A stretch of 64,000 nucleotides of DNA from an uncultured bacterium. Its GTDB lineage: Bacteria > Hydrothermota > UBA3072. The DNA is taken from positions 1,324 to 65,323 of the forward strand of contig CAZGBM010000002.1 of the NCBI GenBank assembly GCA_964523975.1. Reading direction: 5' to 3'. The first letter of the stretch is position 1; every line of letters begins with the position of its first letter. A model generated the notes under the pieces. That model saw nothing but the letters and a program-made list of their open reading frames with translations. It was not told where the DNA came from and did not search any database. The position numbers and the translations under genes are program-made. Shown piece by piece: positions 10,241 to 20,322 of this stretch.

Positions 10241-12384
10241 CCCTCTTTTTTCCCCGGTTTATTATGGTAGTAGTAATATCCGTAATAATATCCGTAATAT
10301 CCGTATTCTTTATTTATATCAACTTTATTGAGTACGTACCCGAGTGCCTTAATTGAAAGCTGTTTCAGAAGTTCGGAAGTTTGAGCTATTATATGGCGAC
10401 TGGTTTCTCCGTAGGCAGCAACCAGTAATGTTTCTTCGACTTCAGCAGCCAATATTCTACTGTCGCTTACTGTCATTAAAGGCGGAGAATCAAGAAGTAC
10501 TATATCATATTCTGTTTTCCATTTGTTCAGAAGTTCTCTCGCCCTATCCGAGTCCAATAATTCCGAAGGGTTAGGCGGTATTTTACCCGATGGAATGATT
10601 TTTAAGCCGTTTACGACAAACGGCTGTATATCATGTTCTTCATTTATGAGTAACTCGGTAAGACCTTTTTTCATTGTTATTCCCAGATATTTTTCTATTG
10701 CGGGTCTTCTAAGATCAGTATCGACAAGAAGAACATTCTTACCGGAGGACACGAATGAAAAAGCAAGATTGATGGCAATCATTGATTTTCCGGAACCGGC
10801 GTCAGGGCCGGTGATTAAAATCGTAGAAGGGAATCCTCCGACTCTCGATAATTTAATATTAGCGCGGAGGCTTCTAAAGGCTTCTGCAATATGGCTTCTC
10901 GATTCTATTTCTGTAAATACATAGAGGTTTTCCTTGGAATTATTTTTGTCTTTTTTATCGTTTTCAATAAGTGGAATTCTGCCGAGAATGGGTAATCCCG
11001 AGTTTCTGGTAATTTCGAACTCATCTCTGACTGCGGAATCTACATAATCTACGACAAATCCCCCACCTATCCCCAGCAAAACTCCGAGTATAAGAAACAA
11101 TATAATTTTCTTGATTTTGGACATTGTGTTCGGCCCACCTGGAACCCGTGCAACCTCAAGTATCGAGATGTCGCCACTTTCTCCGACTTCCGAGATTTGA
11201 GCCTGCTCTCTTTTTTCGAGGAGCATAAGATATATTTTTGTATTTGCTTCTTTTTCTCTTTCCAACCTGGCGAGTTCCAGTTCTCTCTTTGGTATTCTGT
11301 TAAGTTTAGCCTTGTAATAACGTAAAGCTTCCTCTAAGGCTTCAATTCTGCTCTTGGCGACGGCATAATCGATAGTCAGATTGACGGATTGTTGCATAAA
11401 ATCTTCCATCTGGACTAAAGGGTTAATAGTTCCTTCCTTTTGCAGGAGCTCCCTTGCTACCGTGCCCATTTTTTCTTTTAAAGATTGAATTGAAAAGTCG
11501 ATTTTCTGTAATTTCTGGTCTTCGGGAGCATATCCCTGAATCAACAGATTCGCTTTTTCGTTTTCCAGAGCCGTGAGTTGTTTCTTCAAATCTACAAGTA
11601 CATCGTAAGAGGTTTGCGAAGCTTCCGTAAGTAAATCTCTTTGTTGTTCGTTTAATCTGACTTTTATTGCGGTGAGTTTCTTCTCCAGTACCTCTCCCTC
11701 GATAGATGCTGCTTTCAGCTCCTTTTCTATACCGGACATCTGTTTTATGAATTCGTCTGTCTCGGATGAAATTCCGAGGATTCCATATTTTTCTTTAAAA
11801 TTTTTCAATTTCTCTTCCGATTTCTCTAAGTCTTCCCGGAGATTATCTGTCTGTTCTGCAATGAAGTCATATGTGGAAAGGGCATCTTTTTTCTTGATTT
11901 CGATATCGAAATTTCTGTAAGTTTCGGCAAGCCGATTGGCAAATAACTGACTCATATAGGGGTTTGTCTCCGTAACCTTTATTTCAATGATGCGTGATTC
12001 CCCTTTTGCGCTCACTTCGATTCTTCCGTTTTCTATGTCACCCTTAATGCGAGAAAAAACCATTTCTCTATCTCTGATTTCCATCTGCTCGAGTTCCTTA
12101 TCGGTGAAGCTGTTTGCGGTCTTTTCCAGCGCCGGATGACTTTTAATCAGAGATATATGATTTGCAAGTTCTTCTTCGGTAGGAGATCTGTAATATGTGC
12201 TTGTAAAAAGCGATTCCACTCTTTTAACGAGAATTTTGGAAGAGGACGTGAAGTTGGGAGGAGCATAAAAGAAATAAAAAATTGAGAGAACCAGAGAAAC
12301 CACGATAATGCCTAATACTATTCCTCGTCTTCTTCTGATTATTCTGAAATAATCTTTGATATCAATTTCATACCCCTTATTCAT
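10237..12384 (-). CDS. polysaccharide co-polymerase / BY-kinase (Wzc/EpsB-like tyrosine autokinase)
   Basis: N-terminal TM segment, long periplasmic coiled coil and a second TM. The cytoplasmic P-loop domain carries Walker A (GPDAGSGKS). The C-terminal Tyr cluster reads YGYYGYYYGYYYYH. Confidence 0.8.
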   Translation of the reverse strand: MNKGYEIDIKDYFRIIRRRRGIVLGIIVVSLVLSIFYFFYAPPNFTSSSKILVKRVESLFTSTYYRSPTEEELANHISLIKSHPALEKTANSFTDKELEQMEIRDREMVFSRIKGDIENGRIEVSAKGESRIIEIKVTETNPYMSQLFANRLAETYRNFDIEIKKKDALSTYDFIAEQTDNLREDLEKSEEKLKNFKEKYGILGISSETDEFIKQMSGIEKELKAASIEGEVLEKKLTAIKVRLNEQQRDLLTEASQTSYDVLVDLKKQLTALENEKANLLIQGYAPEDQKLQKIDFSIQSLKEKMGTVARELLQKEGTINPLVQMEDFMQQSVNLTIDYAVAKSRIEALEEALRYYKAKLNRIPKRELELARLEREKEANTKIYLMLLEKREQAQISEVGESGDISILEVARVPGGPNTMSKIKKIILFLILGVLLGIGGGFVVDYVDSAVRDEFEITRNSGLPILGRIPLIENDKKDKNNSKENLYVFTEIESRSHIAEAFRSLRANIKLSRVGGFPSTILITGPDAGSGKSMIAINLAFSFVSSGKNVLLVDTDLRRPAIEKYLGITMKKGLTELLINEEHDIQPFVVNGLKIIPSGKIPPNPSELLDSDRARELLNKWKTEYDIVLLDSPPLMTVSDSRILAAEVEETLLVAAYGETSRHIIAQTSELLKQLSIKALGYVLNKVDINKEYGYYGYYYGYYYYHNKPGKKEG

Positions 12385-12944
12385 TTTTTCCCACCTCTTT
12401 TTGTTAATGTTACTCCTTTTTTACAAAGGTAACACATTTCCGGTTGATAATTTTTAATATGAAGTTTAAAAACGGATTCTATTGGGATATCGATTTCTAT
12501 CTTATCTGAAGACCGATCTATCATTACTACTGCGGACAATATCTTGCCTTTATCGATTGCTTTTATCGTTTCCGCAATAGAGTTGCCCGTGGTCAGGATA
12601 TCATCGACTATTACTATCTTATCCATATCTTTTATTGCAAATTCTCTTTTTAACTCTCTCCCATGTTCTGATCTTTCGGCGAATGCGCCTCTTTTCCCGG
12701 TAATTCTTGCCAGTTCGAAAGCAATGATAGCTCCGCCCAATGTCGGGCCAACAAACCAGTCCGTTTCGGGACTCAATTCTTTCATCCTGTTGATGAATGG
12801 TTCCGCCAATGCCGGGTTTTCCAGTATGCGCATTTTTTCGATATATTTATCGGAATGTAATCCTGAGGTAAGCAGAAAATGACCTTCGAGCAAGGCGCCT
12901 GCTTCCTCAAGCTTTTTTTTGTAATCCATCTTTAATTTCCCCAA
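12381..12944 (-). CDS. pyrE: orotate phosphoribosyltransferase
   Basis: Has the HFLLTSGLHSDKY motif and the PRPP-binding VDDILTTGNS motif. Sits in the pyr operon. Confidence 0.85.
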   Translation of the reverse strand: MGKLKMDYKKKLEEAGALLEGHFLLTSGLHSDKYIEKMRILENPALAEPFINRMKELSPETDWFVGPTLGGAIIAFELARITGKRGAFAERSEHGRELKREFAIKDMDKIVIVDDILTTGNSIAETIKAIDKGKILSAVVMIDRSSDKIEIDIPIESVFKLHIKNYQPEMCYLCKKGVTLTKRGGKK

Positions 12945-13635
12945 TTATTTTCTCTGCAGCATTACGTATATTTTGGGCTTTGATGATTGGTCTTCCCACA
13001 ACCAGATAGTCCGAACCATTCTTTATCGCATCTGTTGGGATAGAGAATCTTTTTTGGTCCTCATTCCCTGCTTCTTCGGGTCTTATTCCGGGTGTAGCTA
13101 TGATAAAATCTCTGCCGCAATTCTCTTTGATTATAGTGACTTCTCTAGGAGAAGCCACTACCCCTCTGAGACCCGCGCTTTTTGCGATAGAAGCCAGGTT
13201 CAACACTTCCTCTTTTAAGGTCTTTCCGATGCCCAGTACGTCCTGTAAAAATGCTTCGTCAAGGCTTGTCAGGATTGTGACTCCCAGTATAACGGGCTTC
13301 TCCACTTTTTTATTCCATACGGCTTTTTGCGCCGCTTCCATCATTTCAAAACCTCCGAGAGTGTGCAGAGTCAGGATATCGACTTCCATATCTATTGCGG
13401 CATTAACTGCTCCTGAAACGGTATTCGGTATATCGTGTAGCTTTAAATCAAGGAAGACTTTTTTTCCTCTTTTTTTCAAAATATCGATGACCTGAGGTCC
13501 GACTCGAGTAAATAGTTCCAATCCCACTTTGTAGAAACTCACTAAATCTCCCAGTTCTTCAACTATAACCATGCTTTTTTCGATTGAAGAAACATCTAAA
13601 GAAACTATTAAAAAATCCTTTGCCTCTTTTTTCAT
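12907..13635 (-). CDS. pyrF: orotidine 5'-phosphate decarboxylase
   Basis: Carries the LIVSLDV and FYKVGLELF motifs and a DLKLHDIPNTV region. Confidence 0.85.
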   Translation of the reverse strand: MKKEAKDFLIVSLDVSSIEKSMVIVEELGDLVSFYKVGLELFTRVGPQVIDILKKRGKKVFLDLKLHDIPNTVSGAVNAAIDMEVDILTLHTLGGFEMMEAAQKAVWNKKVEKPVILGVTILTSLDEAFLQDVLGIGKTLKEEVLNLASIAKSAGLRGVVASPREVTIIKENCGRDFIIATPGIRPEEAGNEDQKRFSIPTDAIKNGSDYLVVGRPIIKAQNIRNAAEKIIGEIKDGLQKKA

Positions 13636-14531
13636 TTTTTAATTATATCTCTCAGATTGTTGTATCCTTTCTCTTTCATCCAATATGATAAATTATCCAG
13701 AATTTCAATCGGTGCAAGGGGATTATTAAAAATGATGCTTCCGAGTTGAACACAGGAGGCCCCGGCAATTAAGTATTCGATAACGTCTTTATGGTTTGCT
13801 ATACCTCCCGACCCTATAATGGGTATATCGACCGCATTTTTAATTTTATACACGTTGTATAATGCAAGAGGTTTTATGGCAGGTCCGCTTAACCCTCCCG
13901 CTATGTTTTTGAATAAAGGTTTTTTTCTATCTATATCTATGACAAGCCCGGGAAAAGTGTTGGACGATGTGACGGCGGTCGCTCCTCCTTCTTTAGCTGC
14001 CTGAGCTGTTTCCTCAATATTGCTGGCGGACGGGGATAGTTTAACGATAATCGGCAATTCGGTTTCATTGCATATCGCTTTGGTTATCGAGAAGACCATC
14101 TTAGGGTCTTTGCCGAAACTATCTCCTCCTTCTCTTATATTTGGGCAGCTGATGTTGACTTCGAGGCCGGCAACATCTTTGATTCTGGAGGCAATCATAG
14201 CGAAATCTTCGATTGTTTCTCCGAACACATTTATAAAAATATGAGTTTTTAATTTTGTTATTTCCGGCAAAACTTCTTTATTGAAATGTTCAAGCCCTTT
14301 GTTTTCCAATCCTATAGAATTGATAATCCCGCAGGATGTTTCTGCAATTCTTGGAGGGGGATTGCCTTCTTTTGGCTTCAATGAAACGCCCTTACATATA
14401 ACCCCTCCTAATTTTCCGAAGTCAATTATTCTGGTATATGGTAAGTCCCATACTCCTGAGGCAAGGAGAATAGGATTCTTTAAACTGAGAGACGCCAGTT
14501 TCACCGATAGGTCAATCAAGTTCCACCTCAT
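13632..14531 (-). CDS. pyrD: dihydroorotate dehydrogenase catalytic subunit (class 1B)
   Basis: TIM-barrel DHODH with NISCPN and IGSGGI motifs. Adjacent to pyrK. Confidence 0.85.
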   Translation of the reverse strand: MRWNLIDLSVKLASLSLKNPILLASGVWDLPYTRIIDFGKLGGVICKGVSLKPKEGNPPPRIAETSCGIINSIGLENKGLEHFNKEVLPEITKLKTHIFINVFGETIEDFAMIASRIKDVAGLEVNISCPNIREGGDSFGKDPKMVFSITKAICNETELPIIVKLSPSASNIEETAQAAKEGGATAVTSSNTFPGLVIDIDRKKPLFKNIAGGLSGPAIKPLALYNVYKIKNAVDIPIIGSGGIANHKDVIEYLIAGASCVQLGSIIFNNPLAPIEILDNLSYWMKEKGYNNLRDIIKK

Positions 14532-15249
14532 TTAGCGGAAAGACGGGCCCTTCCGTACATACAAGTTTGTATCCGTCGGTCGTTTTCACCGCGCAGGATT
14601 TACATCCTCCTATACCACACCCCATTATTTTTTCTATATATACATAGGATTTTTCGATTTGTTCTTTGGTCAATATACTTTTTATGCTTTTAATCATTCC
14701 GAGTGGGCCGCAAATGAAAATCTGTTTGCCGTTCAGTTCACCTTTATGTTTTTCTACAAGGTCGGGAACCAATCCTCCTTTTTCTTCCGTAATGGTTTTT
14801 ACTTTGAAACCCCGATTCTTAAATTCCCGAATTGATATAAGGTCTTTTTTGCTTTTGGCTCCGTAAAAAAGTATTCCACCTTTCATGAAACCCGTCTGAT
14901 AATAAATCGGAGCAATACCTATTCCTCCGGCTATAAGAACACCCTTGTCAGGAGGGCAAATTTTTTTACCCAGCGGACCAAGAACCTTAAGACTATCGCC
15001 TTTTTTGACTTCCGATAACAGTTCTGTCCCTTTCCCCGTCACTTTGAAGAGTACGGAAAGAGTTTCTTTGCTTACCTCGAAAAGGGCAAAAGGACGTGGC
15101 AGATACGGGTCAAGCATTGAAAATCCTATCATAATAAAATTTCCACACGCGGCAGATTTATACATTTCTCTATCCGTCAGCGTGACTTTATGATAAGATC
15201 CAAGTTTTTTATTTTCGAGTACCGGTAGTATCCTGAACGTAGTGGCCAT
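14512..15249 (-). CDS. pyrK: dihydroorotate dehydrogenase electron-transfer subunit
   Basis: FAD/NAD-binding ferredoxin-reductase fold. C-terminal 2Fe-2S motif CGIGGCKSCAVK. Confidence 0.8.
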   Translation of the reverse strand: MATTFRILPVLENKKLGSYHKVTLTDREMYKSAACGNFIMIGFSMLDPYLPRPFALFEVSKETLSVLFKVTGKGTELLSEVKKGDSLKVLGPLGKKICPPDKGVLIAGGIGIAPIYYQTGFMKGGILFYGAKSKKDLISIREFKNRGFKVKTITEEKGGLVPDLVEKHKGELNGKQIFICGPLGMIKSIKSILTKEQIEKSYVYIEKIMGCGIGGCKSCAVKTTDGYKLVCTEGPVFPLNEVELD

Positions 15250-16513
15250 AAAGTTCCTTCGCTCTTCTAGCGTATGGAGTATTTGGATATTTTCCCATCA
15301 GCATTGAAAAAAGATTGTTTGCTTCAGCTGAGTAACTTGAGTCTTCAGTTATATCTATATTTAAGAGAGTAAAGATTGCCTTTGGGGCGTATACGCTTGA
15401 CGGGAATGTTTCATATACTTTCTTGTACCATTCAATACCCTTCATTTTTTCCTCTAAATCCCAGTAACAAATTTCTCCTATTCTGAAAAACAAATATGCA
15501 GAATCTTTCTTTTCGAAATTTTCTGTCAATTCATATTCTTTATTGGTTTCTGTTTTCTTTGAAAGCGAATTCAATAGGGAGAGGTTTTCAAATACTCTCT
15601 CTTTTGAGAGTGCCTTTTTGCTTATTTCTCCGAAATCACCTTTGGATGTCGCTTCCTTATATAGCTCGAGCGCAGCGGAAGTGTCTCCCTGACACTCTTT
15701 TATTTCTCCAAGATGATATTTTGCGGTAGCCCCGAGACTGTCTTTTTTTTGCTCAACCAGGCGGAAAGTTTTCTCTGCCTCTTCGAATTTCCCGAGTTTT
15801 TTCAGCGTTTCCCCTTTGAGCAGAGATTGCGAATCGTTTTGTGTTCCTTTTTCAATCACGGATAAAGCTTTTTCCAGGCTATCCATTTCCGAGTATAATT
15901 CTGCCAGGCTATATATGAGTTTGCTTGAGGGTTCTTCTTTGCTTTCCTTGAGTGCTTTTTTGTACATTTCAAGTGCTTTTTCTCTGTTTCCTATAGACCT
16001 GTTTGCGTTACCGATTATATAATAGACAAGTTCGGATTGCTCACCATATTTATCGATGATTTTTTCGCCTTCCTCGATTGTTTTTTGAGGATTATCCGTC
16101 AGAAGGTACAATTCTAATCTTGTTCTAAATGTTTCTATTCTTGTTTCGGAGTCGTTGGAGTTGGAAGCCCTGTCAAGAAATAAAATTGCTTCGTCGGGAT
16201 CCTTTTTTTCGAGGGCTATTTTACCGAGAAAAAGATAACTTTCGTCCCTGAAAGGGGAGGAGGGGAAGCCCTCGATAAGTTTTTTTAAATTTATTCTTGC
16301 TTCATCGAAATTTTTTAAATGGTAATAACTTTTCCCCATGATAAAGAGCGCATCGTCTGCATATTTTGAATCTCGGCGTTTATCAAGTATTTTTTTACAT
16401 TTCTCTATACTCTTATTATAGTTTTCTTCGTCATAATATTTTTTGGCATTATAGAATGTGTTATAATAAACGCACCCTGAGAAGAATAGAAAAACGAGAA
16501 GAGTTTTTTTCAT
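15209..16513 (-). CDS. TPR-repeat lipoprotein
   Basis: Signal peptide with a lipobox (LFFSGC) followed by multiple TPR-like repeats. Confidence 0.5.
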   Translation of the reverse strand: MKKTLLVFLFFSGCVYYNTFYNAKKYYDEENYNKSIEKCKKILDKRRDSKYADDALFIMGKSYYHLKNFDEARINLKKLIEGFPSSPFRDESYLFLGKIALEKKDPDEAILFLDRASNSNDSETRIETFRTRLELYLLTDNPQKTIEEGEKIIDKYGEQSELVYYIIGNANRSIGNREKALEMYKKALKESKEEPSSKLIYSLAELYSEMDSLEKALSVIEKGTQNDSQSLLKGETLKKLGKFEEAEKTFRLVEQKKDSLGATAKYHLGEIKECQGDTSAALELYKEATSKGDFGEISKKALSKERVFENLSLLNSLSKKTETNKEYELTENFEKKDSAYLFFRIGEICYWDLEEKMKGIEWYKKVYETFPSSVYAPKAIFTLLNIDITEDSSYSAEANNLFSMLMGKYPNTPYARRAKELYGHYVQDTTGTRK

Positions 16514-17976
16514 ATTTCTTCTTTTATTATTTCTTCTTTATTGTATGTGATAACTTCCAACAATTCTATAGGGTTGTTTTCGGTATGAACGATTTCCACG
16601 TGCATTTTGTTCTTCTCGCAGGAATATTCAAGAGTATTTTTCCCTTCTGTTTCGAAATAGATGGCCACTCTGGGATTGGCAATAATACGCACTTTTGCGT
16701 TCAATAAAGCATCTCCCTTTTTTTCTAACCAGGTAGTGAACCGCGACAACAGGTAAGGAGCACTTAGAGCGTAACCTTTCCCTTTACAGTAAGGACAGGG
16801 TTCGACGAAGCTCTTGGCTATATTTTTGCGTGCCCTCTCTCTGGTCATTTCGAGAAGCCCATTGGGAGAAAGTTTCGGAACGATTTTGAACCTTGCTTTG
16901 CTATTTTTTAATTGTCTTTTAAATATCTTTAGCAATTCATACTGATTTTCTTTTTTCTGCATATCTATAAAGTCTATTATAATTATGCCGCCAATATCTC
17001 TTAAATTTAATTGTCTTGCAATCTCTATAGCACCTTCACAATTTGTTTTGAATATCATTTCTTCCGTCTTCTCTTTACCTTTGTAAGAACCGGTATTTAC
17101 GTCAAAGACGGTAAGAGCCTCAGTCTCGTCTATTACGATATGTCCTCCGCTTTTAAGATGAATCTTTCTTCTGAATATCGAACGCAGTTCTTGTTCGATC
17201 CAATAATGATTGAATATCGGAGTATGGTTTCTGTATAATTTTACCTTTTTTATCAGAGAGGACTTTTTTCTGCCGAGATATTCTCCTATCTTTTTGAACG
17301 CTTCTTCCGAATCTATAATAAATTCGGAAACAGAATCATCCAGCAGATCCCGTGCCATTCTTATAGGCAGTTCGTCATCTTTCCACAGGACGGTTGGTGC
17401 TTTTACCGTTTTACTTTTATTTTCAATTTTTTCCCAGGTTTTCTTTATTTCCAGAAGGTCGGTTTTCATGACTCTTATATCCTCGCCGGAAGAAGCGGTT
17501 CTGATAATTATACCCATGTCATCCGTATGCAGTTCTCTTGCTATATCTTTTAATTTACGTCTATCTTTCTCGTTTCTTATTTTTCTTGACACGCCGAACG
17601 CATCTTTGAAAGGCATGAGAACGAGATATTTTCCCGGAATCGCTATAAATGTCGTGAGCCGTGCACCCTTTGTTCCGTAAGGTTCCTTTTTGACTTGGAC
17701 GAGGAGCTCCAGATCTTCTTTATCCTCTTTTTTATAAGGCAAGGAAAGATATAGGTCGTTTAAAGGCAGAAATCCGGCTGATTCGGCTCCAATGTCGACA
17801 AAGACGGCATTTAATTCTTTTCGGATTGCAATTATCCTGCCTTTTATTATTGTCCCCGGAGAGTAACAGGAGTTTCCTCTCTCTATATAGAACTCGACCA
17901 GTTCTCCTTTTTCGCGAACTGCAACTCTTACATCATCTCTTCTTACGTTGAGAATTATTTGCTTTTTTGTATTCAT
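16510..17976 (-). CDS. rng: ribonuclease G (RNase E/G family)
   Basis: N-terminal S1 domain and the RNase E/G catalytic core. About 490 aa, consistent with RNase G. Confidence 0.8.
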   Translation of the reverse strand: MNTKKQIILNVRRDDVRVAVREKGELVEFYIERGNSCYSPGTIIKGRIIAIRKELNAVFVDIGAESAGFLPLNDLYLSLPYKKEDKEDLELLVQVKKEPYGTKGARLTTFIAIPGKYLVLMPFKDAFGVSRKIRNEKDRRKLKDIARELHTDDMGIIIRTASSGEDIRVMKTDLLEIKKTWEKIENKSKTVKAPTVLWKDDELPIRMARDLLDDSVSEFIIDSEEAFKKIGEYLGRKKSSLIKKVKLYRNHTPIFNHYWIEQELRSIFRRKIHLKSGGHIVIDETEALTVFDVNTGSYKGKEKTEEMIFKTNCEGAIEIARQLNLRDIGGIIIIDFIDMQKKENQYELLKIFKRQLKNSKARFKIVPKLSPNGLLEMTRERARKNIAKSFVEPCPYCKGKGYALSAPYLLSRFTTWLEKKGDALLNAKVRIIANPRVAIYFETEGKNTLEYSCEKNKMHVEIVHTENNPIELLEVITYNKEEIIKEEI

Positions 17977-19302
17977 TTAAACAGATTGGATTTTAGCCGT
18001 TGTTGCGGCTAACGAAGCCTCTCTTATAATCTCCGAAAATGTTGGATGAGGAAAAACTACCTCCGAAAGTTGCTCTACGCCCAGCTCATTGTCCATAGCC
18101 AGGCTTAAAGCAGATATTAGTTCCGAAGCATTCTCTCCCACTATTATGCTTCCCAGTATTTCCCCATCTTCTGTGTGAATTATTTTGATATATCCTGTTG
18201 TTTGACCGCTTGCTATTGCTCTGCCATTTGAGGCATAGGGAATTTTTGAGACTTTATAATCTATGTTCTCCAAGCGCGCTTTTTCTTCCGAATAGCCTAC
18301 AGAAGCAATTTCGGGATGAGTGTAAACGACTCTTGGTATAGAGTAGCCTTCTTTTTTGATTTTTTCTCCGAGTATGTTCCTCGCTGCAATTTCCGCCTCT
18401 TTGTAAGCAGAATGGGCGAGAAGATGGCCGCCAGTGCAGTCTCCTATTGCATATACGTTTTTGATTTTCGTTTCTAAAAAATCGTTAACTTCAACCACTT
18501 CATTCTTATAAAGAATCTCCCGGGGAAGAGTATCTATATTGGGGATTCTACCAATCGAAACAAGGACTTTTTGAGATTCGATTTTTTCTTCTTTACCGTT
18601 TTTCTTGAAAAACACTTCAAAGTTGTCGTTTTTATTTTCAACCTCGGTAACTTCCGAGGAAAAATAGAACTTTATACCTCTTTTCATCAGACTTTTGCGT
18701 AAAATAGCGGCGGATTCAACGTCCTCGCCCGGTAAGGCTTCATTCTCTTTCTCTATAAAATAAACCTTGCAACCCAGACAGGAAAAGATATATCCAAACT
18801 CAAGGCCGATAAACCCCGCACCTATTATGGCAATAGACTCAGGCAGTTCGGGTGTTTCCAGCGCATCCGTGCTGTCCCAGACATCTTCAGGCGCGGGAAA
18901 AGGAGATTGTATCGGAGTGGAGCCTGTAGCCAAAATTACTCTATCAAATTTTAATACTTTACCGTTAACTTCTATAGAGCCGTCTCTTTTAAGTTTTGCT
19001 TCTTTTTTTATTATCTGGATTTTTTTCTCTTTGAGCAACCCCATAAGTCCCAGAATAACCTTTTTGACAGCCAGTTTTTTATCCTGTTGAATCTTTTTCC
19101 AGTCGATTTTTATCTTGTCCGAATCGATTGAATCGTAAAGACTTACAGAAGCAATAAGAGATTTCGTTGGTATGCATCCGGTATTGAGGCATACCCCACC
19201 TATTTCCCCTTTTTCAAATAACTGGACTTTATTGTTTTTGTTAGCTACCCTGATAGCTGCGCTATATCCAGCAGGGCCTCCGCCAATGATTCCTATTTGC
19301 AT
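17977..19302 (-). CDS. lpd: dihydrolipoyl dehydrogenase (pyridine nucleotide-disulfide oxidoreductase class I)
   Basis: GGGPAGY FAD motif, redox disulfide GGVCLNTGCIPTK and the C-terminal HPTFSE dimerisation motif. The true start is probably MQIGIIGGG at 19302; the ORF track extends to 19374. Confidence 0.8.
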   Translation of the reverse strand: MQIGIIGGGPAGYSAAIRVANKNNKVQLFEKGEIGGVCLNTGCIPTKSLIASVSLYDSIDSDKIKIDWKKIQQDKKLAVKKVILGLMGLLKEKKIQIIKKEAKLKRDGSIEVNGKVLKFDRVILATGSTPIQSPFPAPEDVWDSTDALETPELPESIAIIGAGFIGLEFGYIFSCLGCKVYFIEKENEALPGEDVESAAILRKSLMKRGIKFYFSSEVTEVENKNDNFEVFFKKNGKEEKIESQKVLVSIGRIPNIDTLPREILYKNEVVEVNDFLETKIKNVYAIGDCTGGHLLAHSAYKEAEIAARNILGEKIKKEGYSIPRVVYTHPEIASVGYSEEKARLENIDYKVSKIPYASNGRAIASGQTTGYIKIIHTEDGEILGSIIVGENASELISALSLAMDNELGVEQLSEVVFPHPTFSEIIREASLAATTAKIQSV

Positions 19303-19403
19303 TATATCCGGAAAAGTACAGTATTTAGGCTTAAAAGTCAAGGGTTGGGGCGCTACGCATGAGCGAATTGGCAAAACTGAAATTTGGTTGAGCAGAACTC
19401 TGA

Positions 19404-20318
19404 TTACTTTTCCATAAGATACAGAGCAAGTAATTTTGATATTTCCTGACCTGTGTTCAACTCATAGTATGAATAACCGGGAGATGTGTTAACTTCCAGG
19501 CAGTACACCTGTTCTTGTGCAAAAATAAGGTCGATTCCGGCAAAAGAAAGCCCAAGATTAAATGTAAGTTTTACACATTTATTTAAAATGCTTTCAGGTA
19601 ATTCATATGGTTCGAGTTCAACATTATGGTCGTCGATATGAGAATATCTGTAATCCACGGCAGGTGACTTAATTTTTGTAGCCAGTGCTTTCTTGCCGAT
19701 AACATGTACCCTGACGTTAAACCCGTCTATTTTTCTTTGAAATTGTGTTGGGAGCAAGCAAACCTCATTAAGACGATTTAAATCTTCAGATGTAATTTGT
19801 TGAACGATTGAACGTTCGAAGCTAATGGATTTATAAATAACTTCTCTGTTATTATAGTCTATGAAATCTTTGGCTTCGGCAGGGTCGTTGGTTATTATGG
19901 TCGCGGGGATACTAAAATCCGCTTTTTTTATCAGCTGTGCTTGATAAGGTTTTGAGAAGTTCGAAAGCATTGCTCTTCTTCTATTAACCATGTTTACGGG
20001 TAGAATATCGAACAAATCATATAGAGACATTATTATGGATTTAGTCTTGGTAAGAAGAGCTCTATCGTTTTTTGCAGCCGGCATATCTTCGGCATCCATA
20101 AATCGCAGAAAAACGCTGCGGATATCTTTGATATCTACCGTGTCGTTTCCGACCTTAATCATACCACCTATTCCGTCTTTCCCCAGCGACCACCGCATTT
20201 GTACGCTATCAGGAAGGCTTTCCTGGTCTAGAACCAGAAAATCAGCCTTTTCTTTCTGCAGGGCCTCAATCAAAAGCCGGGTGGGAGATTCATATTTAAC
20301 GCCGCACACAAGTACCAT
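19404..20318 (-). CDS. ATP-grasp ligase, microviridin/RimK-like (second of tandem pair)
   Basis: C-terminal ATP-grasp signature GLSFAGIDLIF...CLEVNTSPGYSYYE. A central NKPYQAQL...FSIPATIITNDP block resembles graspetide ligases. Start is taken at the internal Met; the ORF track extends to 20366, overlapping the upstream gene. Confidence 0.7.
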   Translation of the reverse strand: MVLVCGVKYESPTRLLIEALQKEKADFLVLDQESLPDSVQMRWSLGKDGIGGMIKVGNDTVDIKDIRSVFLRFMDAEDMPAAKNDRALLTKTKSIIMSLYDLFDILPVNMVNRRRAMLSNFSKPYQAQLIKKADFSIPATIITNDPAEAKDFIDYNNREVIYKSISFERSIVQQITSEDLNRLNEVCLLPTQFQRKIDGFNVRVHVIGKKALATKIKSPAVDYRYSHIDDHNVELEPYELPESILNKCVKLTFNLGLSFAGIDLIFAQEQVYCLEVNTSPGYSYYELNTGQEISKLLALYLMEK

Positions 20319-20322
20319 CGAT

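Noticed and set aside
17977-19374. Lpd-like oxidoreductase as part of the ATP-grasp/peptidase system
   Set aside because: A ~100-bp gap with its own promoter-like sequence separates it from the ATP-grasp genes, and it has canonical Lpd motifs. It is more likely unrelated housekeeping, though co-orientation means a link cannot be excluded.
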